This document shows, in pieces, positions 1 to 12,959 of a stretch of DNA of 64,000 bases. How positions within the stretch are numbered: position 1 is the stretch's first letter; each line of letters opens with the position of its first letter. The position numbers were made by a program, and so were the translations under genes. A model generated the notes under the pieces. The model saw nothing but the letters and a program-made list of their open reading frames with translations. It was not told the DNA's origin and ran no database searches. This stretch comes from Squalus acanthias (taxonomy: Eukaryota), in contig CM059432.1 in assembly GCA_030390025.1 (NCBI GenBank), forward strand, positions 51,214,001 through 51,278,000, written 5' to 3'.

Positions 1-497
1 CTTGCCTTGTTAGCCCTCCCCAAATGTATTACCTCAAACTTCTCCTGATTGAATTCCATTTGCCATTTTTCTGCCCACCTGACCAGTCCATTGATATCTT
101 CCTGCAGTCTACAGCTTTCTTGCTCACTATCAACCACGTGGCCAATTTTTGTATCATCTGCAAACTTCTTAACCATGCCCCCTACATTGAAGTCTAAATC
201 AGTGATATATATCACAAAAAGCATGGGACCCAGTACTGAGCCCTGCGGAACCCCACTGGAAGCATCCTTCCAGTCACAAAAACACATGCCGACCATTACC
301 CTTTGCAGCCCGCCACTGAGCCAATTTTGGATCCAACTTGCCACTTTCCCTTGGAACCCATGGTCTTTTGTTTTTCTGACAAGTCTGCCATGTGGGACCT
401 TGTCAAAAGCCTTGCTGAAATCCATGTAGACTACATAAATACGCTACCCTCATCAACCCTCCTTGTTACCTCCTCAAAAAATTCAATTAAGTTAGTC
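1..497 (-). mobile_element. CR1-type LINE ORF2 (reverse transcriptase) fragment
   Basis: The minus strand reads as CR1 RT ([26 protein letters not shown]). It runs off the window edge. Confidence 0.85.
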
Positions 498-533
<36 letters not shown>

Positions 534-2301
534 GGAGGAGGCAGCCTGCAAATTCCCATTTTGGACGGGCTGTCCATGAGTGCATCATCAGACTGAGCTT
601 CCCCTGAAGGAAACCCCAGATCCCCGTTGCTCAACACTTCCCCACCTTACCATTCCTCTGTCACAGAACGTCACAGTGTCCTCTTGGGCACAATGCAGAA
701 ATGAAAGCCGCCATAAAACAAACATTCTAAACATAATTTATAAATGATTAATTCCAATATTACATTACAAAGCCAACTAATTACACATGCGCATTCTCTT
801 AGTGTCTGTCTTTCGTGTTCCTTTGCCTATTCATGTGCTTCTACGTAGTGCTACCCCAGTGGCTGCAGCATGGCTGGTGGAAGGCTGCTGACTTTCCATG
901 GGGGCACTGCAGGATGACCTCGAGCAGCTCTGGGCCTAAAAGGCCCAGCTGTAGATTACATCACCTCGGCATGGGTGGCTGCAGCCTGGGGTGGCTGCAG
1001 CCTGAGCTGGCTGGCTGACAGGCAACAGCAAAGGCTCTGGTGGAGTGGCAGTAGTGGAAGTACGAATGTTGTCATCCTGAGAGAGGACAGCAGGGTCGGC
1101 CTCCACGGAGGCAATGCCACTCCCCCGGGTCAGCGCCTCTGCATTTCTAGCCATCTGTTGCAGGATAGATTGCTGGACTGCTGGAAGAACCTGCAAGCCC
1201 CTTTCCAAACTCGTAAACCCAGCCACAATGGTAGCACTCTGAGCTTGTGTGGCAGCAAGCTGAGCCAGCATGACAGAAGTTTGAGCTTCCACTGCAGCAC
1301 TCAGACATTGGGTCGCTTCCACTTGTGCTGCAATGGAAGCTGCAATATGACCTGTCACACCCAGCATATGGTAGCGCTCTAATGGAGTTGTCCATCACTT
1401 CCATCCTGGAAATCATGGGCTCCAAGCTCAATGCAAAGCCCTGTGCAATTTTGAAGCTGGACTCCTCCATGCTCCTTGACAGTGACATGAGGCTCTCTGG
1501 CAGGCCTGCCATTCCACCAAGCATTTCTGTGTGTATGCCCTCCTTCTGAAGGCTGTCCCATCGAAGTCCTCATCTGAGTCCTGTGCAGCAGAACCCATAT
1601 GCGGCCTCGTCCTCCCGGGAGCTGGCACCTGCGTTACCTTTTCCCCATGGCTTGGCTGCATCCCACTTGTGCCCGGTGACTCATCGCATGCAGATCCCGT
1701 CTCTGTACTACCCTCTAAAATTTGCGCAGTGCCATTTTCTGAGCTGGTGCCTGGGAGTGTCAGATCGAGTAACGGTGCCTCTTCTCCTTTTGTTCTTCCT
1801 GCACAGACTGAGCTGGTTGGAGTTGTTGGGTATCTGAAAGGAGAAAGGCACAAGGGTCGGGTTGTGGTGAGGGGAGGGCAGGATAGCAAAATGTGCATGC
1901 TTATCACAGAATCATAGAAACATAGAATGGTTACAGCACAGAAGGAGGCCATTTGGCCCGTCGAACCCGTGCCGGCTCTCTGCAAGAGCACTTCAGCTAG
2001 TCCCACTCCCCCGCCCTTTCCCCGTAGCCCTGCAAATTTTTTTCCTTCAGATACTTATCCAATTCCCTTTTGAAAGCCATGACTGAGTCTGCCTCCACCA
2101 CCCTTTCAGGCAGTGCATTCCAGATCCTAACCACTCGCTGTGTAAAAAAGTTTTTCCTCATGCCGCTTTTGGTTCTTTTGCCAATCACCTTAAATCTGTC
2201 TCCTCTGGTTCTCAACCCTTCCGCCAATGGGAACAGTTTCTCTCTCTCTACTCTGTCAAGGCCCCTCATGATTTTGAACACCTCTATCAAATTCCTCTCA
2301 A

Positions 2302-2742
2302 ATTAATACAATAGCAAAATACTGTGGATGCTGGAATCTGAAATAAAAACAGAAAATGCTGGAAATACTCAGCAGGTCAGGCAGCATCTATGGAGAGAGA
2401 AACAGAGTTAACGTTTCAGGTCTGTGACCCTTCGTCAGAACTGGAAAAAGTTAGAGATGTAACAGATTTTAACCTGATCAAACATGAGAAGGGAAACAGA
2501 AAGCAATGAAGATGAACAAGGTAAAAGAGACAAACGGAAATCCTATCGGAGAGAAGAGCAGAACTTCTTCAAGGTGGGCATTCCTAGAAGAGAAGTGGCA
2601 GTGAATTAAACACTAATACAATAGTGAAATACTGCGGATGCTGGAAATCTGAAATAAAAACAGAAAATGCTGGAAATACTCAGCAGGTCAGGCCACAGAT
2701 GCGGCCTGACCTGCTGAGTATTTCCAGTATTTTCTGTTTTTA
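2302..2742 (-). mobile_element. Penelope-like element pseudo-LTR fragments (tandem plus inverted copy) nested in CR1
   Basis: Two direct copies of aaaaacagaaaatgctggaaatactcagcaggtcagg plus an inverted copy. The same terminus is linked to a GIY-YIG fragment at 42921-44340. Confidence 0.75.
2406..2442 (-). ncRNA. Minimal type I hammerhead ribozyme (Penelope-associated)
   Basis: Minus strand AGUU-CUGACGA-AGGGUC-ACA-GACCU-GAAA-CG-UU-AACU. It has the CUGANGA/GAAA core, stem II, stem I and a palindromic AACGUU stem III. Confidence 0.75.
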
Positions 2743-4443
2743 CTCCTCTTAACCTTCTCTGCTCTAAGGAGAACAACCCCAGTTTCTCCAGTCTATCCAC
2801 GTATCTGAAGTCCCTCATCCCTGGAATCATTCTCAGAAATCTTTTCTGCACCCTCTCTAAGGCCTTCACATCCTTCTAAAGTGCGGTGCCCAGAATTGGA
2901 CACAATACTCCAGTTGAGGCCGAACCAGTGTTTTATAAAGGTTCATCATAACTTCCTTGCTTTTGTACTCTATGCCTCTATTTCTGAAGCCCAGGATCCC
3001 GTATGCTTTTTTAACCACTTTCTCAACCTGCCCTGCCACCTTCAACGATTTGTGCACACATACCCCCAAGTCTCTCTGTTCATGCACCCCCTTTAGGATT
3101 ATACCATCAGCAGCTTGTAAGTGAGAAGAGATTGTGGGATGAGGGGGAAGTGGGATGTGAGAAGAAGGATTCGGTATGAGCATACCGTCATCATCAATGC
3201 TTTCAGCCTCGCCGATCGCCACAGCCTCAGTTATGGCCGCTCCAATTATCTCCTGCATGGTCTCCTCCAGCTGGGTCAGGTTCTGCAGCCGTGCTTGACC
3301 CCCGCCAGCTTGCTCCTGCTTGCGCTGTTTGTGAGCCACTTTGGTCTGCAAGAGAAAGGGAAGTGTGTCAGTGAGTGTGGTGCAATGTGTTTGGGTGATG
3401 TGCCTGTCATGGTTGAATAGTTGGCATTGTGTGCAAGGTGTGAGATGTGGGTGTGAGTCTTGCAGCAGTGGAAAGTGTGTGAAGGTGAGGTGAAGCTATG
3501 ATTGTGAGGTATGAGTCATGATTGCTGGAGATTGTTGGTAGGTGAGTGTTGGGTTGTGGTACATTGAACAGTCTGTGAGGTTAGTGGTGCAGTTGGTGGG
3601 ATATGCCATTTGAGGATGTATTCACTCACCTTGACCACTCATGTGAGGTCATTAAACTTCTTCCGGCACTGGATCCATGTCCTGGGGGGGAAATACTGAT
3701 GGCACTGATCACTTCAGCAATCTGCTCCCACTGTCTTCGTACAGTCTGTTTAGAAGGCCTCCTGGCCCCCTGTGGGTCGAGGGCCTGTCTGCTCCTATAG
3801 ACCCCCTGCACCAAGGCCTCCAGTGCTGCATCGCAGAACTGAGGTACCTTTTCTCTGCCCTGCTGAGACATTGCTTCGTTGCAGCTCCAGTCAGAATGAG
3901 GTACTTCTCTTTCTCCCCTTTAAGAAATGCAGACAGCCTTTCACTCTGCAGGCAACCTTTAAATGTAGAGCCAACTAGCAGCGTGTTTAGTGTTGGGCTC
4001 AGCACTGTAATCATGTTAATGAGCAGGCAGCACAAATTTCGCGTGATGCCTGCACTACTTTCAACGGGCACAGGCAGATCGCGATCCCCGCACCCGTTTT
4101 CAGGCCTTATCCAATTTAGCCCCCTTTTTCTTAGGCCTTTTATTTTTTATTAAAAACTCAAAAAGAGAAATAAATCCTTAATTATTTTCTGATAATTTAC
4201 AGCAAGAATGACATTTAAAAATACTTGCATTTTATCGCATTCTTGGTTTCTCCAAGGAGACAGTGCCTGAAAAAACCACTACCCCCCAGAGCAACCATTT
4301 GTCAAAATATCTGGTCACTATGGTTACCATTGTGGTGTGAAATATTTATGGAAGTGACCATGGATGCCAAAAGCAATTAAAACATGGGCCTATATTTTCC
4401 TGTCTTAGTTTGCAGAATTTAAAGAACCTGTTTTAAAATCATG

Positions 4444-5329
4444 GGGGGAAAAATTCAGTATCGCCCCGTTTGGGGCGCAATTATCGGCCGGGCACAAAGA
4501 TTAGCGCCCGGCGCTAATTATAGCCTCCGACTGCAAACTTGACTTTTATCACCCCTGGAGGTGATTGGAGCGCTAAATCAGGCGCTACACATCTGTCTTA
4601 AGGCGCAAAGGCCGAGGAGCGAGGCGTTAACTCAGAGCGCTGGCGAAGCTCATGTGATGTCAGTCAGTAATGGAACACAGACACAATGGCCCTGGCCAGT
4701 TCTTAAAGGGGAGGGTTGATCTTGCTTTCCATCCACATCCTGCTCATTGCAGCCTTGAATCTCGGCCTGGAGAGACCTGTACATCAAATCTGCTGGAAAG
4801 AACAATGGAGAGAACCAGGCAAAGAGCTCAGAGTGCAGCCCCCACAGTCTCTTCTAAATCGATACAAGCAAGGGCAAATCAAAATGAACCTGCAAAGTGC
4901 TGCTCAGTACCCCAAACTCCTTCACACAGCGTTGAATCTCTCCAGAAGTGTCTCTCTCTCTCTCTCTCTCTCTCTCAGAATGCGTGGTTCAAAAATGTCG
5001 CCAACAAAAAAGGCAGGAAGTGGTCGCCTTTAAATAGCGCTCCCCCAGTCCCTTCCTGACTGGAAAACGCTCCCCTCAACCTGTCGTTGCTAGCGGCAGG
5101 CGGTAAGGCAGGGGGCGCCACTCAATATCCGCTCCAGGGCGCACTCAACTGACGTCACGATCTGCCGGCGCAGGAGATCGTGGCAGTACTGTTTAGCGCC
5201 GCTGCAAAATGTCTAGTTAATTTTGCGAGCGGCGCAAACATCGCCGTGCCCGGGCGCTAGTTGCTTTGCGCCCCATTAGCGCCCTCTTAAGGCGCTAACG
5301 GGAGGCGCAACCAACTGAATTTTTCCCCC
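4444..5329 (+). mobile_element. Non-autonomous Harbinger deletion derivative (886 bp)
   Basis: TIR gggggaaaaattcagt/actgaatttttccccc with an ATG TSD. Both arms resemble the ends of 38241-42579. Confidence 0.9.
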
Positions 5330-6399
5330 ATGAATTGGTGTCTTTTTGCTTGTGCAGTCTCCACCATTTATGAATCTGTGAGCATTAGTTAAAGTGAACC
5401 AACTATTAAGGACCCATCTATAATAATTCTTTTTTCACCCTTGTTAAATATGCAATTTGAAAAAGGATTCTTGGATGTGGGCGATGCTGGCAAACCACAT
5501 TTATTGCCGAACCATATTGCCCTGGTGGTGGTAGGCCTTCTTGAACCTTTGATTACTATACCTAGCTATAGTAAAAGTGTTCTGTTACTGCTTGTTAGTA
5601 CAATCTTTTCTGACTCAGTGTAAATAAGGGTGAAGCAATTAATGATCATGTTTGGTTCTTGAAGCGTTAAAATCAGTTAGAGCATTTCGGTCTCGGTCAC
5701 CAGTAAGAACTTGGAGTTCTGTCACATTCTATAGCTGCTGCATGGAAAGTGCTTTACGACAATCAATCCAAACTGTCTTTCTTCATTTATCACATCTATA
5801 CCACAAAATGAAATGTAATCACTCTGACAAATACGATATCCCAGAGGTAAATTCAGTTGTGGTCTGCAGAAGATGAATGTCAATGATGGGTTGATTCGAC
5901 CGCAAAAAATCAAGTGGTCACTGAAGTAATAATTCAAAGCGCAGATTTATGCAGAGGCTATATTCACAATAAGAAATCAACTTCAGACGGTGAAGATTAT
6001 CCTTCTGTCAAGTAACAGTAATCTTCATTGAAGATTGCTCAGTCAATACAATGTTGCTCACTAACCTCACTCCCATTTGGTGGAGTCTAATTTTGTTGTA
6101 TTAGCAAGATCATAGGCTAAATGACTAAAATTGACATATAAATCAGCACAATTGTTGAATGATATTGCGCTAAATTATTTCTCGCTCAGTAAAAGATGAA
6201 TGACAAACTACCCTGTATTTACAAAGCGAAATACTGTGTCAAATACTTCAGTATCTCATAGTAATCTGTGTCTTGTTCTAGTTATGTTCTTTATTACCAT
6301 GCATATACCTATTTTTTTAATGGTGCTTTGTCTATAATAAGTTCTACATCAATTTCATCTCAGCTCCTCTTGCTCTCTCTCCTCTGTCCTCTCTAAACC

Positions 6400-7465
6400 T
6401 CTCCCTCCATGTAAACTCTCCTGTCCATATTCACAGTCAACCCCTGTGGCCTCTAACTCTCACTCTCAGCAGAATGTTCACTGTTTCCCATTCCTGTTGG
6501 TCTCCAAGTATGGCCCCCATCTTTGCTCCCTCAAGTCCAAGGGGTGCAAACTTGAGAATACTTAGTGCTTAACTGGATTAGCCATCCATTGCAATATCTG
6601 GCTGGATCACATCAGGCTTTACTAGGTCACAGGTTCCTTGCCATAACCAGCCACTAGAGAGCAAAGATAACCCAGGCTTACTTTTTTCACTACCATCTGT
6701 TTAAACCCATCTCCTCTGCCCTCCCCATTCTCAACTCTAACAGCATATGCAAAGAACTCATGGATTTCTTTGCCACCAACAAAGAGCCATCAGTTTGCTT
6801 TCCTCCTTGCTTAACAAGCCAAACCCCTCAGAGCCCCCTGCTCTAATCCTGAATTCTCTCTAGTTTCTCTCCAATTTCCTCCATGCCCTCTTCAAACTCA
6901 TTTTGTCCATAAGTTCCACTTCCTGCTCCCTTGACCCATTCCCACTATACTGCTGACCACACAGCTTCCCTTCCTAGCTCCCATGCTAGTGCAAATGATT
7001 CCCTTTTCCTAGTTACAGTCTCCTTCCCTTTCAAAATTACTATCATCATTCCCCCATCAAAAAACACCCTTGACCGATCTATTCTTGCAAACCTTTGCCC
7101 TATCTCCAACCTCCCTTTCCTCTTCAAAGTCTTTGAAAATGTTGTCACCTCCCAGATCCATGCCCACCTCACCCATAGCTACCTGCTTAAATCCCTATCA
7201 GGTTTCAACTGTTCACGCAGCACCAAAACAGCCCTAACAAAAGTCACAAACATCTGTGCCTGTGATCGTGATGTATTGTCCCTCTTTGTCCTCCTTAACT
7301 TCTCTGCAGCTTTTGACAGGATCAAACATTCCGTCCTTCAATGCTTCTCCTCTGTTGTCCAGCTCAGTGCGAACACACTCACTGAGTTCCACTCTCAGCT
7401 ATCTGATTGTACCCAGAGCAACTCTAGTAATGGCTTCTCTTTCCACCCATGCACCGTCACCTCTG
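6400..7465 (+). mobile_element. Old L2-type LINE ORF2 fragment
   Basis: PISNLPFLFKVFENVV, STKTALTKVTN and LL.FSAAFD RT motifs, degraded. Confidence 0.8.
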
Positions 7466-8520
7466 GAGAGCAGTGGTGAGAGCAGACCTGGTAAAAAATT
7501 AATTAACTAATCAAATAAATAAAGAAGGTTAGATAGACATGGCAGGGCAGGTGGTGTGCCGTAACTGCAGCATGTGGGAGTTTGTGGAGACCAGCGAGAT
7601 CCCGAACAACCACATCTGCGGTAAGTGTCTGCAGCTCAAGGAACTTCAGCTCAGAGTTGTTGAGCTGGAGTACGAAGTGCAGACGTTGTGGGGCATCAGG
7701 GAGGGGGAGAGTTACCTGGACACTTTGTTCCAGGAGGCAGTCACACTCCTTAGGTTAAGTAGCACTTTAGAGTTCGTCCATGGTCAGGGACAGGAGGGTG
7801 TGACTGCGAGTCAGGACGGTATGGGAACCCAGGATGTAGTGATGGAGGAGCCTCGGCCCTTGACTTTGACCAACAGGTATGAGATACTTGCTACCTGTGG
7901 GGATGAGAACAAGGACTGCAGGGTGGATGAGCAAACTGACCATGGCACCATGGTGCAGGACGCCATTCAAGTGGGGGGAGTGAAAAGGAATGTGGTAGTG
8001 GTAGGGGAAAGTATAGTCAGAGGGATAGATACTTTTCTCTGCAGCCGCGACCGGGAGTTCCGAGGTTGTGTTGCCTGCTCGGTGCCAGGGTAAAGGATGT
8101 CTCCTTGCGGCTGGAGAAGAACTTGGAGTGGGAAGGGGAGGATGCAGTTGTTGTGGTCCATGTAGGAACCATCGACATAGGTAGAACTAGGAATGAGGTT
8201 CTGCTGAGAGAGTTTGAGGAGCTATGGTCAAAATTAAAAGGCAGAACCTCACAGGTAATAATCTATGGATTGTTACCTGAGCCATGCGCAAATTGGATTA
8301 GGGACAAACAGATTAGAGATTTAAATGCATGGCTCAAAGAGTGGTGTGGGAGGCAGGGGTTTCAATTAATGAGGCACTGGCACCAGTACTGGGGAAAGAG
8401 AGAGCTGTTCCGTGGGGATGGAAAAGATTAGCAAAAGTAAACATGGGTCCCTTACAGGCTGAGACAGGAGAAATTATAATGGGGAATAAGGAAATGGCTG
8501 AGAAATTAAACAAATACTTT

Positions 8521-9442
8521 GGCCGGAATTTTGCTGGCACTCAGAGGGCGGGTTTAGAGGCTGGTTCGCTGTCAAAATAGCAAAGATTGACAGCAGGTAG
8601 AAAACCCACTGTCAACCCACCTCCACACGAGTCTCCCAGGTACTGGGTCTGTCAGCGGAGAACTGACCCGACACCAAGCAGCGGGGAGACAATTGAGCTC
8701 ATTAAATGGCTTGTTAAGAGCCAATTTAATGATATTTTGAGGCTTCTTTCCCATTTTAAATGCACTCCCACGGGTTACCCGCTGCTCGGGGAACATGCTA
8801 GCTCACCCTGGTGTGAGTTGAGTCTGCTCTGATGTATCTGATAAGCTGACAGCTGCAGAAGTGGTGTAAAGGATGCTATGTTGCAGATGGTCAGTTTCAG
8901 AGCGCAGAAACTGTTGGTTACTGCATTTGTAAGACTTATAGGGGGAGAAATTCAGTATCGCCCCATTTGGGGCGCAATTATCGGCCGGGCGCAAAGATTA
9001 GCGCCTGGCGCTAATTATCGCCTCCGACTGCAAACTTGAATTTTATCGCCCCTGGAGGTGATTGGAGCGCTAAATCAGGCGCTTCACACCTGTCTTAAGG
9101 CGCAAATGCCGAGGAGCGAGGCGCTACCTCAGAGCGCTGGCGAAGCTCATGTGATGTCAGTCAGCAAGGGAACACACACAAAATGGCGCCGGCCAGTTCT
9201 TAAAGGGGAGGGTTGATCTTGCTTTCCATCCACATCCTGCTCATTGCAGCCTTGAATCTCGGCCTGGAGAGACCTGTACATCAAATCTGCTGGAAAGAAC
9301 AATGGAGAGAACCAGGCAAAGAGCTCAGAGTGCAGCCCCCACAGTCTCTTCTAAATCGATACAAGCAAGGGCAAATCAAAATGAACCTGCAAAGTGCTGC
9401 TCAGTACCCAAAACTCCTTCACACAGCGTTGAATCACTCCAG

Positions 9443-9477
<35 letters not shown>

Positions 9478-11180
9478 AATGCGTGGTTCAAAAATGTCAC
9501 CAACAATAAAAGGCAGGAAGCGGTCGCCTTTAAATAGCGCTCCCCCAGTCCCTTCCTGACTGCAAAACGCTCCCCTCAACCTGTCGTTGCTAGTGGCAGG
9601 CGGTAAGGCAGGGGGCGCCACTCAATATCCACTCCGGGGCGCTACTGGGGCGTTGCGCACTCGACTGATGTCACGATCTGCTGGCGCAGGAGATCGTGGT
9701 GGTAGTGTTTAGTGCTGCCACAAAATGTCTAGTTAATTTCACGAGCGGCGCAAACATCGCCGCGCCCAGGCGCTAGTTGCTTTGCGCCCCATTCGCGCCC
9801 TCTTAAGGCGCTAACGGGAGGCGCAACCAACTGAATTTTTCCCCCATAGAGATTTCTTTAGCTTGCAAGTGTTTAGAGCCAACTGTATGTCCAGTGCCGC
9901 CTCATTGGAACAACCTCTCTCACCATTAACAGATCGCTTCTGTCATCTCACCTGCAGCTGCCATCTAGTCTTTGAAAAAATCAGAACTTGGTCCTCTGAA
10001 TCCTTCCACAATCAGCCCCAACACCAATATCACCAGGCACACCAACATCACCAACAAAATCACCAACCTGCTCTGCAATCACCTGATGTTGCACAGGACA
10101 CAGGGCATCAGCCCCTGACAACATTGCTGCCCGGTAGGTCAGTGATGGCATCACCATGGCCAGATTTACTTCACTTGATGCTGTAAACCCTGGCTGCCAC
10201 ATGATGCGCCAGGTTGACACCATCCCACACCAGCACTGTAAAGCGTCCCTTTAATGTCCAAGCCATTCCATGCACACTCATCGCTATAGCTGGGGGCTGG
10301 GGGGGGGGGGGGGGGGGGGGCGGCAGAGTTAGGTCACAACATTCACTGGAACTCAGTAAGAGACCCCTCAAGGTACGCACAGATCTGTCCAATAAGGGGC
10401 AGTGTTGAAAATATAGATTTCACTGTTTGATAACACATTACCAGAAACTTCACATGGACATTGGCTAAACCTCACAAGTGTCTACCCTTGTGTGTTGTTA
10501 GTTGGTATGCTAGCAGTAGGATGAGGGTGAGTGTGAGGGGTGGCTAATGAGATGGGGAAGTGATAAAGTAGATAGAGAGGGTTGGGTGGAGGTGCAAGGT
10601 AAGTTGGTGTGAGTAAGGATGTGCAGGAGAAGGGTATGGAAGGCAGAGTGATGGGGATGTGTTGAGTGGCACAGCAGGGTGAGTTTGAGTGTGGCTTTGC
10701 AGTAACGTTTCGTGATCCACTGAGATCATTGAAAGGTTGGCGCCACTGCAGCCAGGGACCACTGACGACATCCCTGCTTTTGCCCTCCTGTGCAATGTGT
10801 AACCAGGCTGCGTTGGTGTCCTGGGGAGGTCTATTCCACCCTTGTAAGGGAAGAGAACCTCCCTGCTTGCTGTGACTCCCTCCTAAGCATATGGAGGGAG
10901 TCATTGGAGAGCCTGGGTGCAAGCGTCCACCTCTGTGCAGTGCTTGTCAGTGTTTGCAGCACCTCAACGCTGTCAAACACTGACAGAACAACTGTCAAAC
11001 TCAATGTGGCCATGGTCCCTTTAAGGAAACCGGCTGATGACGCGTCACCAAATGACGTCATCAGACTCGTTTCCTGTTAATTGGCTGGGAAGCCCGCAGG
11101 GCGGGCTTAACAAGGCCAATCAAGGGAAAATCCCTTTGACAGAGTGGCTGCAGCCGGGATCGGGACTGGAACCCGGAAAC
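8521..11180 (-). mobile_element. Non-autonomous Harbinger-family element with Myb/SANT remnant
   Basis: Starts ggccggaatttt. The minus strand reads APRLSNDSL..AAWLHIAQE..WRQPFNDL. It is homologous, inverted, to ~42990-44100. Confidence 0.7.
8941..9845 (+). mobile_element. Non-autonomous Harbinger deletion derivative (905 bp), second copy of the 4444-5329 family
   Basis: TIR gggggagaaattcagt/actgaatttttccccc with an ATA TSD. Colinear and highly similar to 4444-5329. Confidence 0.9.
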
Positions 11181-11902
11181 CAAGTCGGAATAAACAGGTC
11201 ATTTTCGGGTTGGCAGGCTGTAACTAGTTGGGTACCACAAGGATCAGTGCTTGGGCCTCAGCTATTCACAATCTATATCAATGATTTGGATGAGGGGATC
11301 AAACGTAATATATCCAAGTTTGCTGATGATACATAGCTAGGTGGGAATGTAAGTTGTTAACATGCAGGTACAGCAAGCAATTAGGAAAGCAAATGATATG
11401 TTGGCCTTTATTACAAGAGGATTTGAGAATAGGAGTAAAGACGTCTTACTGCAATTATATAGGGCCCTGGTGAAACCACATTTGGAGTATTGTGTACAGT
11501 TTTGGTCTACTTATCTAAGGAACAATATACTTGCCATAGAGGGAGTGCAACGAAGGTTCACCAGACTGATTCCTGGGATAGGGGCATTGTCCTATGAGGA
11601 GAGATTGAGTAGACTCGGCCTATATTCTCTAGAGTTTAGAAGAATGAGAGGTGATCTCATTGAAACATACAAAATTCTTACAGGGCTTGACAGGGTAGAT
11701 GCAGGGAGGATGTTTGCCCTGGCTGGGGAGTCTAGAACCAGGGGTCACAGTCTCAGAATAAGGGGTCGGCCATTTAGGACTGAGATGAGGAGAAATTTCT
11801 TCACTCAGAGGGTGGTGAATCTTTGGAATTCTCTACCCCAGAGGGCTGTGAATGCTCAGTCATTGAGTATATTCAAGAGCGATATTGATAAATTTATAGA
11901 TA

Positions 11903-12492
11903 CAGGAAACTCTTTATTAACCGGCACCGACGGGACCAGCGTGGTGCCGGTTGATCAAAAAGTCCGGATTACAGAGAGGTATACTTACCAAGGTACGAGA
12001 GCCCCGTACACGGCCACAGGCTTAAAAATTGGGACCCGGAGAGGGAAAGTAAACTAACATGATGGGAGGAAACCTTTACAGTATTCCAATGTTTTAACAA
12101 TTGTTTAGAGTTTGTGGAAACCGAGCAGAGAGTGCTTGGGGCAAGCGCAACCATCATCGCACCCTTTATATCGAGGAATGCACACTTTTAGAGAAGGACG
12201 CTGCTATTTTAACCTGACAATTGAAATTCAAATAGGAAAATTGTTATTCCATCAAATATAAATGATAGAAACACTCCAAGAGGAGGGGAGTTGCCATTCT
12301 GATCACTGTACCCCCAAAACGGGACAAATCAGTATTCTGAGGCGAGCAAAGCCACACGGCCACAGATCCAGGAACCCCAGTTACATGGCCACTAATATAT
12401 ACTGTAGTAAAACTTACCTGAACCTACTCCTGAATTTTGCCGGTTAAGAGAGATTTCCGGATATTTAGGTGCCGGTTAAAAGAGAGTTTCTG
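11903..12492. mobile_element. Tc1/mariner (pogo/Tigger-like) MITE
   Basis: TA|caggaaactct...agagtttctg|TA, splitting a CR1 at a TA. It shares its ends with 29193-29555. Confidence 0.85.
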
Positions 12493-12959
12493 TATTAAGG
12501 GAATCAAGGGATATGGGATAGTGCAGTAAAGTGGAATTGAGGTAAAAGTTCAGCCATGATCTTATTGAATGAGGCTCGAGGGGCTGAATGGTCTACTCCT
12601 GCTCCTATTTCTTACGTTCTTATGTTCTTATGTTCCTCTTCCTCATCTACATGCTGGTCATTGGTGACATTATGTGCAGACATGGAGTTAGCTTCCATAT
12701 GTAGGTTGATGACACATAATCTACCTCTCCAACACAGCTGTTGACTCCTCCACTTCCTCTGTGCTTTTATACTGTTTGTCCAATGTTCAGTTTTGGAATA
12801 TCCATGCTCAGGCCATTTGGATGGCAAAATTGTACAGAACACAGCAAGCCACAACTCTGCAGTATACAAGCTCTAGAGCATAGTGACTCACCTCCTGAAC
12901 CAGATATTCTGGTCTCCCACACCTATACTACCAACCTTAGTGACTAGATCCTGTTCTGG

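Larger units (their letters stand above)
1908..3098 (-). mobile_element. 5'-truncated CR1 LINE (ORF2 C-terminus and 3' UTR)
   Basis: LYKTLVRPQLEYCVQFWAP, LERVQKRF and FFTQRVV..WN motifs. The (ttctatga)-type tail is at ~1908-1928. Confidence 0.9.
499..4123. mobile_element. Decayed PIF/Harbinger element: transposase C-terminus (+) and Myb/SANT gene remnants (-), interrupted by CR1 and Penelope
   Basis: 499-605 is a poly-Glu tail and end like the intact transposase at 40909. 3626-3871(-) MSQQGREKVPQF.DAALEALV is a Myb/SANT exon 1, and ~3180-3345(-) KVAHKQRKQEQAGGG is exon 2. The terminus aatttagcccc lies at ~4113-4123. Confidence 0.75.
7466..12630 (+). mobile_element. Internally deleted CR1 LINE: ORF1 (zinc finger/leucine zipper plus SGNH esterase, 7539-~8420) and ORF2 3' part (~11181-12630), with nested DNA transposons
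   Basis: CRNCSMWE..CGKC.LKELQLRVVELE, VVVGESIVRG and VVVHVGT.D. Later [24 protein letters not shown] and a ttatgttc tail. Confidence 0.85.

Noticed and set aside
5652..5876. Possible additional exon (IQTVFLHLSHL..PE|gtaaat)
   Set aside because: No clear acceptor; too weak to add to the pseudogene model without a search.
10289..10320. Long poly-G run, possible G-quadruplex
   Set aside because: Simple homopolymer inside a TE remnant; its length is unreliable.
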